From the NCBI RefSeq assembly GCF_009914755.1, contig NC_060930.1: DNA of 64,000 nt; one strand, 5' to 3'. A program made the position numbers and the translations under genes. Below, piece by piece: positions 26,954 to 38,599 of this stretch. This stretch comes from the human T2T-CHM13v2.0 reference genome, Homo sapiens. How positions within the stretch are numbered: the stretch's first letter is position 1; every line of letters begins with the position of its first letter. Below the pieces are notes generated by a model. The model saw only the letters and a list, made by a program, of their open reading frames with translations. It ran no database searches and was not told the DNA's origin.

Positions 26954-29501
26954 TGATATGGTTCAGACTTGTGTCCCTGCCCAAAACTCTTGTCAAATTG
27001 TAATCTCCAGTGTTGGAGATGGAGCCTGGTGGAAGATGACTGAATCATGGGAGCAGACTTTTCCCTTGGTACTGTGTTACAATAGTGAATGAGTTCTCAT
27101 AAGATCTAGTTGTTTAAAAGTGTGTAGCACTTACTCTCACCTCTCTTTCCATCCTGCTCTGGCCATGTGAAGTGCTCACTCCCCCTTTGCCTTCTGCCAT
27201 GTTTGTAAGTTTCTTGAGGCCTCCCCAGAAGCAAAGCAGATGCCAGCATCGTGCTTCCTGTATAGCCTGTGGGACCATGAGCCAATTAAACCTCTTTTCT
27301 TCATAAATTACCGAGTCTCAGATCTTTCTTTGTAGCAGTGCAAGAACACTAATATAAAATTGGTACCAGGAGTAGGGTATTGAAATAAAGATAACTGAAA
27401 ATGTTGAAGTGGCTTTGGAACAGGGTAACAAGCAGGGGTTGGAAGAGTTTGGAGGGCCTGGAAGAAGACAGGAAGACAAGGAAAAATTTGAGACTCCCTA
27501 GATATTGGTCAAATGGTTGTGCCTGAACTGCTAATAGTAATATGGACAATAAAGTCCAGGCTGAGGAGGTCTCAGATGGAAATGAGAAACTTATTGGGAA
27601 CTAGAGCAAAGGTCATTTCTGTTATGTCCTAGCAAAGAGGTTGGCTGCATTGCGCCCCTGCTCTAGGAATCTGTGGAACTTTGAACTTGAGAATGATGAT
27701 TTAGGGTATCTCACAAAAGACATTTCTAAGCAGCAAAGCATTCAAGCTATGGCCTGGCTGCTTCTAACATCCTATGTTCATATGTGTGAGCAAAGAAATG
27801 ACGTAAAACTGTAACTTCTATTTAAAGGGGAAGCAAAACATAAAAATTTTTAAAAATTGCAGCCTGGCCATGTGGTAAAAAAGAAAAGCCCGTTTGCAGG
27901 GGAACAATTCAAGCAGGTTGCAGAAATTTGAACAACTACAAGGAAGGCAAATGCTAATAGCAAAGGCAATAGGGAAGGGACCTCAAAAGCATTTCAGAGA
28001 CATTCACCATAGGTCTCCCATCACAGGCCCAGAGGCCTAGGAGGGAAGAGTGGTTTTGTGGGGTAGGTCCAGGGCCCCGCTGCCCTGTGAAGCCTTGGGA
28101 CTCTACTCTCTGCATCCCGGCTGCTCCAGCTCCTGCAGTTGCTAAAGGGGCCCCAGATACAGCTCAGGCCACTGCATCAGAGGGTGCAAGCCACAAGCCT
28201 TGGCAGTTTCCACATAGTATGAGCCAGTGGGTGTGGAGAGTGTAACAGCTAAGAATTAGGAGCCTCTGCCTAAATTTCAGAGGATGTATAGAAAAGCCTG
28301 GGTGTCCAGGCAGAAGTCTGCTGCAGGAGCAGAGCCCTCATGGACAACCTCTATTAGGACAGTGCAGAGGGGAAATGGGAGGTTGGATACCCCACACAGA
28401 GTCCCCACTGGGGAAGTCCCTGGTAGAGCTGTGAGAAGAGCGCCACAGTCCTCCAAACCCCAGAATGGTAGATCTGACAGCTTGTACCATGCATCTGGAA
28501 AAGAATGGAAAGAGAGAGAGAGAAAAAAAAGGTTCTACACACTTTTAAACAACCAGTTCATGAGAACTCACTCACTGTTGTGACACAGTAGCAAGGGGGA
28601 AAATTTGCCCCCATGTTCCAGTCACCTTCCACCAGGCCCCATCTCCAACATGCACTCAGCACCAGCCCATGAAAGCAGCCACTGGGGGCTGTACCCTGCA
28701 AACCCTCAGAGGTGGAGCTGCCCAAAGCCTTGGGAGCCCACCACCTGCACCAGTGTGCCCTGGATGTGAGACATGATGTCAAAGGAGATGATTTTGGAGC
28801 TTTAAGATTTAATGACTGCCCTGCTGAGTATCAGACCTGAATATGGCCTGCAGCCCCTTTCTCTTGGCCTGTTTCCATTTTTTGGAATGGGAGTATATAC
28901 CCAATGTCTATATCCTCATTGTGTCTTGGAAGTAACTAACTTGTTTTTTATTTTACAGGCTTGTAGGCAGAAGGGACTTGCCTTGTCTCAGATGAGACTT
29001 TGGACTGTAACTTCTGAGCTAATGCTGGAACGAGTTAAGACTTTGGGGAACTGTTGAGAAGGCATGATTGTGTTTTGAAATATGAGGACATGAGATTTGG
29101 GAAGAGCCAGGGGTAGAATATGTTTTGGATCTGTGTCTCCACCCAAATCTCATGTCAAATTGTAATCCCCAGTGTTGGAGATGGGGCCTGCTGGATGGTG
29201 ACTGGATCATGGGGGTGGATTTTCCCCCTTCCTACTGTGTCACAACAGTGAGTGAGTTCTCATGAACTGGTTGTTTAAGAGTGTGTAGAACCTTTCTTCT
29301 CTCTCTCTTTTTTCTGCCCCAGCCATGTGAAGTGCTCACTACCCCTTTGCCTTTTGCCATGTTTCTAAGGCTCCTGAGGTCTCCCCAGAAGCCAAGCAGA
29401 TGCTAGCATCTGCAGAATTGTGAGCCAATTAAACCTCTTTTCTTTATAAATTTCCCAGTCTCCAGTATTTCTTTATAGCAGTGCGAGAATGGAATAATAC
29501 G
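26954..29501 (+). mobile_element. MSTA MaLR provirus (5' LTR 26954-27356, internal region, 3' LTR about 29119-29501)
   Basis: Two homologous LTRs, MST-int start aaattggtaccaggagt, polypurine tract before the 3' LTR, 5-bp TSD ccaaa/ccaag. Confidence 0.92.
28502..28650 (-). repeat. Inverted copy of part of the element's own LTR inside MSTA-int
   Basis: Reverse complement aligns to the 3' LTR at 29173-29310. Confidence 0.88.
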
Positions 29502-29947
29502 CCAAGTCTCCCCAGAAATAAGATCCAGAAATAGACTAAAAACAGACTGAGAGGTGATCCAGATTTTAGAGTTCTCATACGTGGACTTTAAAATAAGTGT
29601 GATTAATATCTTTAAGAAAATGGATGACAAATTGAAACTTTAATCAGAAAATTGAGCTATAAGAAAAAATAAAATAGAAATTATCAAACATAAAAATAAC
29701 TAGATTAGTAATGTAGTAAATAAGTTTAATTTACAGAATGGCTGTCACTGGAGCAAGAATTAGTGAGCTAGAAGACAGATCAGTAAAAAAATTCTAAACT
29801 AAAACATAAAGTATATGTAGAACATGCAGAATAGAATGTGGCACATATAAGTTATAGTGAATATGTGTATGCATGTGTCATTTAGTCCTTGAGGGAAACA
29901 AGAGATAAAATTGAGCAGAAATAATATTTAAAGGGTAATTATCTAAC

Positions 29948-29979
29948 AATACTTCTTGGCCTTTTGGCTAAAATCAAGT
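29948..29979 (+). pseudogene. RNU2: 3'-truncated U2 snRNA retropseudogene (U2 nt 1 to about 32)
   Basis: cttcttggccttttggctaaaatcaagt matches U2 CTTCTCGGCCTTTTGGCTAAGATCAAGT (26/28); flanked by aaagggtaattat (29930-29942) and aaagagtaattat (29980-29992). Confidence 0.88.
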
Positions 29980-29994
29980 AAAGAGTAATTATTC

Positions 29995-30985
29995 TTATCT
30001 GGATTAACCAAGATAAAAAGAGAGAAGATTCAAATTATAAAAATCAGAAATGAAAGAGGGATATTACTATAGACCTTCAGGGAAAAAAAAAAAGGATTAT
30101 ATGGGAATGTTACAAAGAACTGTATGCCGACAAATTAGATAGATGAAATGGATGAATTCCTAGAAAGACATAAATTTCCAAAACTAACATAAGAAGTAGA
30201 AAATCTGAGTAGATCTATAACAAGTAGAGAAATTTAATTATTAATTTTAAAACTTCTCAGGAAGAAAATCTTAGGCCCTAAATAGCTTCCTTGGTAAATT
30301 CAATGAAACATTTTAAAAAGAATTAATAACAATTTTTCACAAACACTTCCATGAAATAGAAGGGGAAGGAACAATTCCAAACTCATTGTATGAGACCAGT
30401 ATATCACCCTGATGCCAAAAAGACAAAAATATAACAAGAAAAAAAAAAAGCTGCAGACCATTCACCCTTATGAATATGTATGGAAAAACTCTGGCAAACT
30501 GAATCTAGCTAACTATAAAATGATTTATACACCATGATCAAGTGAGATTTATTCCAGGAGTGCAAAGTTGATTTAATATTCAAAATTAATATAATTCACC
30601 ACATTAATAAGATACAAAAACTATGTGATCAGGTACATAAAAGGAATTAAACAAAATCCAACACCGTTTCTGATTTAAAAAAAAAATTCAACAAACTAAG
30701 AATAGAAGGAAACTTCTTCAATCTGATAAAGGGCATCTGCAAAAACTTACAGCTAACATCATCTTAATGGTAAAAGACTAAGCGCTTTCCCTCTAAGATA
30801 AAACAGGGATATTTGTTCTCACCACTCCTATTCAATGTTATAGTAGAGATTATAACCAGGACAATTTGACCAAATAGAAAAATAAAAGGTGGATTTTATT
30901 TCCAGATTTCCAAATTGGAATAGAATAAAACTATTTTTATTCACAGAAGAAAAAGCTATATAAATAAAATCCCAAGTAATTCATT
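29995..30985 (+). mobile_element. Internal L1 ORF2 fragment (L1M/L1MB-age) lacking both ends
   Basis: aaaagagagaagattcaaatt..aaaatcagaaatgaaagaggg; gaaatggatgaattcctagaaag; ccactcctattcaatg. Confidence 0.75.
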
Positions 30986-31517
30986 AAGTGATGAAAATTG
31001 AGACTTTTCCAAAGCTAATGACAGACATAAGCCATAGATTCAAGAAGTGCAAGAAACCCAAAGCAAGATAAATATAAAATAAACTATACCTAGGCAATGG
31101 TTTTTCAGTATAAAACAGCTAAAAACCAAAGACAGAAAAATATATTTAGTAAACCATATTAAAAAGACACTTAATATTTAACGAGCAACATTAAGACTGA
31201 CATTCCACTTCTGAGCAGAAAGGATGAAAACCATAATAAAATGCAATCATAGCCTTAAAATGCAAAAGAAAACTGTCTAGATCTCTATACCCTGCAAAGA
31301 TAGCTGTTTAAATGAATGTGAAATAAAGATATTTCCAGACAAACAAAAACTGAAGAAACTATTTACTAGAAGGTCTAAAGAAAAAAAAATCATAAATGAA
31401 ATTCTCAAGTGAAAGGAAAATTATATGGAACATGTAAATGCAGTAAGGAATGAAAAACAATGGAAAGTGTTAATATGTACTTACCCTTTGGTAAATACGT
31501 GCTTACCAAAAAGGTAA

Positions 31518-32010
31518 TTCTATGAACCAGTAATTCCATTCTTAAGTATAATGACCCTCAATATGCATTCTAATGTGCACCAAAACTCACGTATAAAAAT
31601 TTAAAGAGTAACACGATCAAAAACAGGCAAATACTGAAAAAATCAAATGTCTATCAACAGAAGAACAAATAAATACATTGTAAATATTCATATAATGGAA
31701 TACTATTCAGCAATGAGAAAAATAAGCAACTCTTACCCACAATAATATGGATAAATCCTTAAAATATAAAAAAGTACATACTCTATGTCTCCATTTGTAT
31801 AAATCTCCAAAACATGTGAAACTAATCAATGGTGTTACATACCAGAATAGTGGTTACCTTATCAGGAAGGGGTAAGACGGGATTCCAATGATCAGCTTCT
31901 TGATACAAGGAGTGATTATGTAGGCATATGCACTTTGTGGAAACTCATCCAGCCATACATTTTTAAACTGTGCACATTATCTGTTATACTTCAACAAAAA
32001 GTTTATTTTG
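31518..32010 (+). mobile_element. L1ME-type 3' end
   Basis: aatggaatactattcagcaatga...aatagtggttacctt...ttatacttcaacaaaaag. Confidence 0.65.
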
Positions 32011-32379
32011 AAAGTACCAGCATAGTGGTCATTTGCAATGATATATTATTCACTTCACGAATTTACAGATAGAAGGTTTCCAGCAGTTCTTGCAAGCCCT
32101 TAAGTGGTGGCTTTATGTTATCCCCTTGGTAGATCCCCTTGCAAGTGACCCTTAAATGGTCTGAGACTATTAGATCTTGACCCCTACTTCAAATGCCTGT
32201 TTGAGAGTAAAGGGCCCAGTAACATCTTCAGGAATAGCATTCAGCCCTGTTCAAGGTATTCACATTTCAGAAATATCTAAACGGTAATTTTTCTCAAATA
32301 TTTAATGTAAAAATCTTGATTGCACCATATTGCCAGGGATAAGAGATAATGATCTTTCTTATTAAAATCATGAAATAGG

Positions 32380-32680
32380 GGCCAGGCCCAGTGGCTCATG
32401 CCTATAATTCCAGCAATCTGGGAGGTCAAGGAGGGAAGATTACTTGAGGCCAGGAGTTTCAGACCACCCTGGACAATATAGGAAGACCCTGTCTCTACGA
32501 AAAAAAAAAAAAAAAAAAATACCTGGACCTGATCATGTACACCTATAGTCCCAGCTACTCAGGAGGCTGAGATAGGAGGATTGCCTGAGCCCAGGAGTTT
32601 GAGGCTATAATGAACTATGTGCACACTACTGCACTTCATCTTGAACAAAAGAGCAGAAACTGTCTCAAAACAACAAAAAA
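32380..32680 (+). mobile_element. AluJ (Jo/Jr-like)
   Basis: Diverged dimer with expanded middle A-run; diverged TSD aaaatcatgaaatagg / aaaatgtgaaatatgg. Confidence 0.88.
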
Positions 32681-33414
32681 TGTGAAATATGGCTATATGT
32701 TTATGTGTATTGTCTTTAGAAAGAAATTGGGTGTCATTGAGAATGACTAACATTGATTGCACATGGATGTGGCTAATATTCACGCCAAAATAAGTTATTG
32801 CTCACTGTCTTCATGATTTGTGTTTTGTCTGCAATAGACAGGGTGGTTGCTCACACCCCAGGGTTTTGCATGTAAGTGCAGGCCCCTGTAATCTTCTATC
32901 ATAGAGACCCATTATTGGACTTTCCATTTGGAATTATTTTGTCCACACCCAAATTCATACTGAAGGGAAGAAAAGCAGGGAGGAAAGGAGGAGAAAGAGA
33001 ATTCCAGTGCTTATAGGACTATTTTTGTAGTTAATCAGGTGTGTTGCACAGGCAGAAACCAGGAAACACGCCAAAGCCATTTGCTATGCCTCAGATAATC
33101 CCCTTGCTTTTGTGGTTGGGTGTGATACATACCATCATCTTCAAGCTTGTTTGTTTTGGCTGCAGAAAACAAGTTCACACTCTTGTAGGAAAGTAAGTAA
33201 GTGAAAGAAAAAAAATCATCCTTTTTCCAATTTCAGAAGAGAGCCAAACACTTGGCTGAAACTATTTGAAATTTTCTGGCTAGGGCTCCATCTTATGGCC
33301 TAAATTGTGTAGGCAGAATCAGAGGCTGATAAACCTGCCACACAGTGGGGGGATCCACATCCCAAGTATCTTCTGTTTCTCTGGGCCGATCCCAGGCCCT
33401 CTTTCTGTGTACAA

Positions 33415-33560
33415 GAAAACTTTTGGGAGTGATAGATATGTTCATCGTCTTGATTGTAGTGATGGTTTCACAAGTATGCATATATGTTAAAGCTTTTCAA
33501 ATTGTGCACTTTGAATACAGTTTACTATATGTCAATTACACCTCAATAAACTTGTTTAAA
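33415..33560 (+). mobile_element. L1MD/ME terminal 3' fragment
   Basis: gtgatagatatgttcatcgtcttgattgtagtgatggtttcac...caattacacctcaataaa. Confidence 0.75.
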
Positions 33561-34439
33561 CAAAATGTATAGACCTACATCACTAAAAACCCTCCTTGCC
33601 GAGTCATGTAGCCATATGAATTTGCAAGAGAAGAGCATTATTACTCTAACAGAGTACGCAATATATGAAGAAAATAGCAGAGGACAAATAGAAAGGATAT
33701 GTAGATATCCTTCAACACCCAGTTTAGGAATTCACACTTAATTGTGTAGACAATGAGTAGCCTACAAAAGGACTTTTTTTCTTTGCAAAAGAGTGTATGG
33801 TCAGAATTACACTTGACAAAGCTAAATTTGGTAAATTTGGCAAAAGTGTTTCAAGATGTGTTGGAGAAGGCTAAAAGTGTGAAGATTATTTCAGAGGTTA
33901 ATTAATTAAATAAAAGTTGAACCAAAGTCCTGCTTGTAAGATCTGCAAAGAGACAGTAGGGATAAGTACTGTTGCAGAAGTAGAAGAGGTGAGAAAGAAG
34001 GCAGGTTTTAAAGCCGCATGGTCAGAATGGACGTGCTTTTAACAGAAAGGCTCATAGGAAGTTGATTTAGAAACAGGCAGTATTAATTGGTTTAACTTCA
34101 CAGAAACACTTCATTTATTTAGTAGTGATTTCGATTTACATCATTATGGTTTATATTAAGATAGCTTAGATGATAATTCACTAGTAGATCTGTGAAAGAA
34201 AGGCATGTTTCCCACTTCTCAGAAATATGATTTATACCCATTGTCTTAAATATGTTCTCTATGTGCATTATTTTAGGATTACCCAGGACTTCTGTTACTC
34301 CAAATTCCTATTTTTGCTATCCATTCCACTTTTTAAAATCAGAGCTGCCAACTATGCATGAAGTGTCTATTGAAAAGTTTATAGCTTCAATGGGAGATTA
34401 AAAAGACTGGAGTACTTTCCGAGCAGAAAGACTTCATAT

Positions 34440-36300
34440 CCTGCCAGAAAAGATCATATCCAAATCCAACATATGTCATGGTAAAATGGATTTTAAAAAT
34501 AAAACTATATCATCCACCCTCAGGGATAAGAAAGTGTATTCTATTTATGAAATAAAGAACAATATGTTATTTTTAAGGGAGGTTAGGAAATGTAAAAAGA
34601 GCTTTTAGAAATTACAAATATGATAGCAAACATAAAAATTTAAACATAAAATGAAAGATAAAAATTTTTAAAAAATAAAACAAAAGGATAGACAAAAAGA
34701 AAGAAGAAATAACATTGAAGAATCTAGGATGTCAGAATCTATTAGGATGTCAGAACTGATGGAAAAAATAATAAAAGAGAATTTTGCAAAACTATAAAGC
34801 ACAAGGTTCCCAACTGAAAATATTCAGGACAATGAAGATTTTTAAATATCCATTCTAAAATGTCTCACCATAAATTTTTACAGGAAAAGAGATGATTTTA
34901 AAAGTTGTCAGAAAACAAAAGTAGGTCACAAGCAAGGAATTGAGAATAAGAGTGTCACTGAAGCTCTTAACAGCAATGTTAATTAGAAAATAATAGAGTG
35001 ACACTTATGAAATTCTTCAGAAAAATATTTTCAACTTAGAAGTGTATGTCTCATCAAGCTATCAATATAGTGTGTGGGTAGAATGGAAACAATTTCAGAC
35101 ATTCATGGTTTCTAATTATTTATTTCCCATGCATTTATTGCACTATTTTTTAGGAATCTATTGGAGAATCTTCTTCACCACAATGCGGGCAGGGAGGGGA
35201 GAGAAAAACAAAACAAAACAAAAAAACAAGAAAAAGACATGGAACTGCAAATGAGAACCTAACACAGGAGCAAGGCAAAGAGAATTCCTGGAACTTCTAC
35301 AGAAAGTCCCAGGATGAGAGCTGTTATCCTGCACAGCAAATCTAGATTGGAGAAGGAATATAAAGGGCAGCAGAAGGTATGTCTCCAAGGAAAAAGAAAT
35401 AAACACAGGAATTAAAGATTACTTGAGCAGTTTTACCAAATAGGAAATTTTAAAAATAAGTAATCTGCAGAACAATTGAATGATGTGATGAGACTTAGTC
35501 ATAGATTCAAGGAAAACTAAGCAAATGAAAGAACTGAGACAATTAACTCCAGGAAATACAAACAACAGTGAAAGAAAGAGAACAGAAATGCATATTACTT
35601 GGCTGATTAGTGAACAATATCTACCATTATAATAATAATGAAAATACTTAATTGAAATTTGTGATATAACTATTCTGGAAAAAGTGAGGTGCGACAGAGT
35701 AAAAAATCGTTATATGCCACATAGGAAGTCAATAGATAACGTCGAAAAGGGCTGAATCAGTAAAAAACACTATGCATACACAGTCATGCACTGCAAAACC
35801 ATGTTTCAGTCAACAATGGACCACATATACAACACTAGTCCCATAAGATAATAATACCATACTTTTACTGGACCTTTTTTATGTTTAAATATGTTTAAAC
35901 ACACAAATACTTACCATTGTGTTATAACTGCCTACAGTATTCAGTACAGTAACACTCTGCACAGGTTTGTAGCCTGGGAGCAATAGCCTTATACCATATG
36001 GCCTAGGTGTGTAGTAGGCTATAGCATCTAGGTTTGTGTAAGTACACTCTATAATGTTTCCACAAAGAAGAAATCACCTAACAATGCATTTCTCAGAATA
36101 TATCCCCATTGTTGAGCAATGCATGACTACATGTTATTTTATTTATAATTACGGAGGTAATTTCTTGAAGAAGCAGCTGAAAGAATTAATAGCTATTTCT
36201 TGAAAGTGGAATAGCATGAAAAAATAATTTAGTAGGAATATACTTTTTTCATTGTAAGTTTTTTAGCACTATTTAAATGTTTAAATTATCTTTATTTGAT
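34440..36300 (+). mobile_element. HAL1/old L1M ORF1-type remnant, interrupted by Tigger3a
   Basis: aaagagcttttagaaattacaaatatgatagc; aatattttcaacttagaag; aagctatcaat..agtgtgtgggtagaat. Confidence 0.55.
35781..36129 (+). mobile_element. Tigger3a (MER7A-like) DNA transposon
   Basis: TIRs cagtcatgcactgc... / ...gcaatgcatgacta; diagnostic cctaggtgtgtagtaggctat. Confidence 0.88.
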
Positions 36301-37137
36301 GCCTTCATTGTGTCTGAACTCTTCCGCAAATGGCAGCATGGCAGGTCATTCTCCCTTCAAACTGTAGGAACCATATTGGTTAATAACGTCTTAATTTTCT
36401 TTCCAACTTTTACCAAATGAGAACTGAAGGGTCTTGCCTTTCTCACTGGCCACAAAAGTCCAGTTTGCAAATTAGAATTTTTTCCCAAGTGCTTTTCAGA
36501 GTTTTTGCCCAATATATGTTCTGGTCTTTTATCACTTTATCTTGAAATAATAAAGACTGTAAAAATTATGTTTCAACTTTTACTGTGTGATAATTATCAT
36601 ATTTGAAGCATACAAGGAATGCTCCATTGAAGAAGTGATATAATTATATTGAGCACTAATGCATCAAAAGCAAGATTTATTTGAGGTGTAGGCAACCTTC
36701 ACTAACTATGAAAATATTACATTTAGGGACTTGGGATTTTGTTTTGCTTTTGTTTGGTTTGGTTTTCCAGTTTTAACCAACTAAAATTTCTAGAGTTGTT
36801 TCAGCTTGAGGCCATCTTATCCTCACAATTACTAATTCACACAACATCAGATAACTGAAATTATCTCTTACTAAAAATGTTTAACTATAACATTACCTTT
36901 AAAAAAAACTCGCCTAGGTATCACTTGAAATTTTTTATAATTCTCTGATGGTTCACATCTTGCCTAAACCCATATTAACCAATACTGTTCACCAGTAGTA
37001 TTTCTACAATGACAGACATAACACAATTTATACTCAACTCTAACAAAGTGCTCAACTGGAAGTTTCAACTGAGGCACGGGCAATAAATAACAGATACCAA
37101 AATGAGTTATGAAATAAACTAATTTGGAGAAATTAAA

Positions 37138-37637
37138 AGTAGGTGAATTGTGTCTCCCCTGCCAAAAAAAATACGTGTGTGTGTGTGTGTGTGTGTGTGT
37201 CTGTGTGTGTGTGTGTGTGTGTGTGTTTCTAAAAGTTCTAACCCCCAGTACTTGAGAATATGACCTTGTTTGGGCATAGGGCCATTGCAAATATAGTTAA
37301 GGTGAGGTTATACAGAAGCAGGATGAGGCACTAATTCAATCTGATTGGTGTTTTTATAAGATGTCCATCTGAAGACAAAGGCATACAGGGAGAATGCCAT
37401 GTGAAGGCAGAGGACTGGAGGGATGCCTCTACAGGCCAAGAAATGACAAGGATTGCCAGCAAACTACTAGGGGCTGGGAAATGGCAACTCCTGTACAGGT
37501 TTATGAGGGAGCAGGGCCTTGCCAACACCTTGATTTTGGGCTTTTAGCCACCATAACTGTGAGACAATAAACGTCCATTGTTTTAAGTCACCCACTTTGT
37601 GGTAATTTATTATGGCAGCTCTAGAAAACAAATGTAA
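37138..37637 (+). mobile_element. MLT1C-like solo LTR
   Basis: tgaattgtgtctcccc...ccccagtacttgagaatatgaccttgtttgg...gagacaataaac...ggcagctctagaaaac. Confidence 0.8.
37175..37226. repeat. (GT)n microsatellite, about 26 units with one interruption
   Basis: Directly visible. Confidence 0.95.
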
Positions 37638-38599
37638 GTGTAAAAAGGTAAAGAGATGGAGTTTACGAGAGGTTTTTTATTTTTGTTTTTATCTTTTGAG
37701 ATAGAGATTTCTTTTAAAAGGGCTGCTAGTGTACCATAAGTCAGTGAGAGATGTGGGATGTGCTTTTCCCCACAGGTAGAGAGACTTCAAAGAGACCAAT
37801 CAGAGGGCTTGGCATGTGTTTCCTGGGATCTGGGGGAGTTGCAGTCGGTTGCTGTATGGTACATAAAAACACGTACAGAATCTGAAAGCAAATGACTGCT
37901 ATCAGCCAGGGAAGTAAGTCAAAAAGAGTAGAATATACTTAAAACCAGTTAAATTTTCACAGACAGCAGAGGCAACGATTCTGAGTATCTCGTGAACAAA
38001 ATGTGGGATTTGTAAGAGAAAGAACCAATATGGAGCCATTTTGAGTTCTGCCAAAGACAAATGCCTGGAAAGGCAACGGAATCCAGATAGAAAGAGACCA
38101 TCCCAGAGACCACCAGAAAACCAAAGCGTGAGAACAGAGTGGCCCACTGAAGCAAAATGCACTGACTAAGACCCAAGAAGAGCAGATAAACATTTTTAGT
38201 GGGCCCTCAGAAGAACTTGCCAAAGGTCCCCCAAGAGAAAGAGTCCATTTTAAACTCCTACTAGACTCAGAATAAAATCGTCAATCATCTCATTACACTG
38301 ACAGTCAAGGAGGGACTAACATATGTCCTCTCTCTCCTTCCCCCTATCCTTTTGATGGTCATTAACAAATTAGGAGAGAAGAAGTAAGGGTAGGAGAAGC
38401 ACCATGAAGCACTTCCACAGCCTGTGGGGTACAAGAGGGACTGTCAAGAGAAGATTTAACTTAAAATCAATTTCAGAGAGAACCTCTGTCTAGGATACGA
38501 TAGCTTGTGGCAGACTAAGCAACTCACATTAAAACAACTGAGAAGATGCCAAAGTATAAAATATATATGTATGGAGGCATCACAGAGATACCAAGGCCA

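Larger units (their letters stand above)
29502..31480 (+). mobile_element. Old L1M ORF1 region (starts near 26880, split by MSTA; also split at 29943-30990)
   Basis: ORF1-like motifs gactttaaaataagt..attaatat, aattagtgagctagaagacagatca, ttttccaaagctaatg..agattcaagaag. Confidence 0.6.

Noticed and set aside
36964-37290. 108-aa ORF with a THTHT repeat
   Set aside because: Translation of the (GT)n microsatellite inside an MLT1C LTR.
37640-38490. Possible old LTR (LTR78-like) and overlapping short ORFs
   Set aside because: Could not identify termini or a confident family match; ORFs have no recognisable homology.
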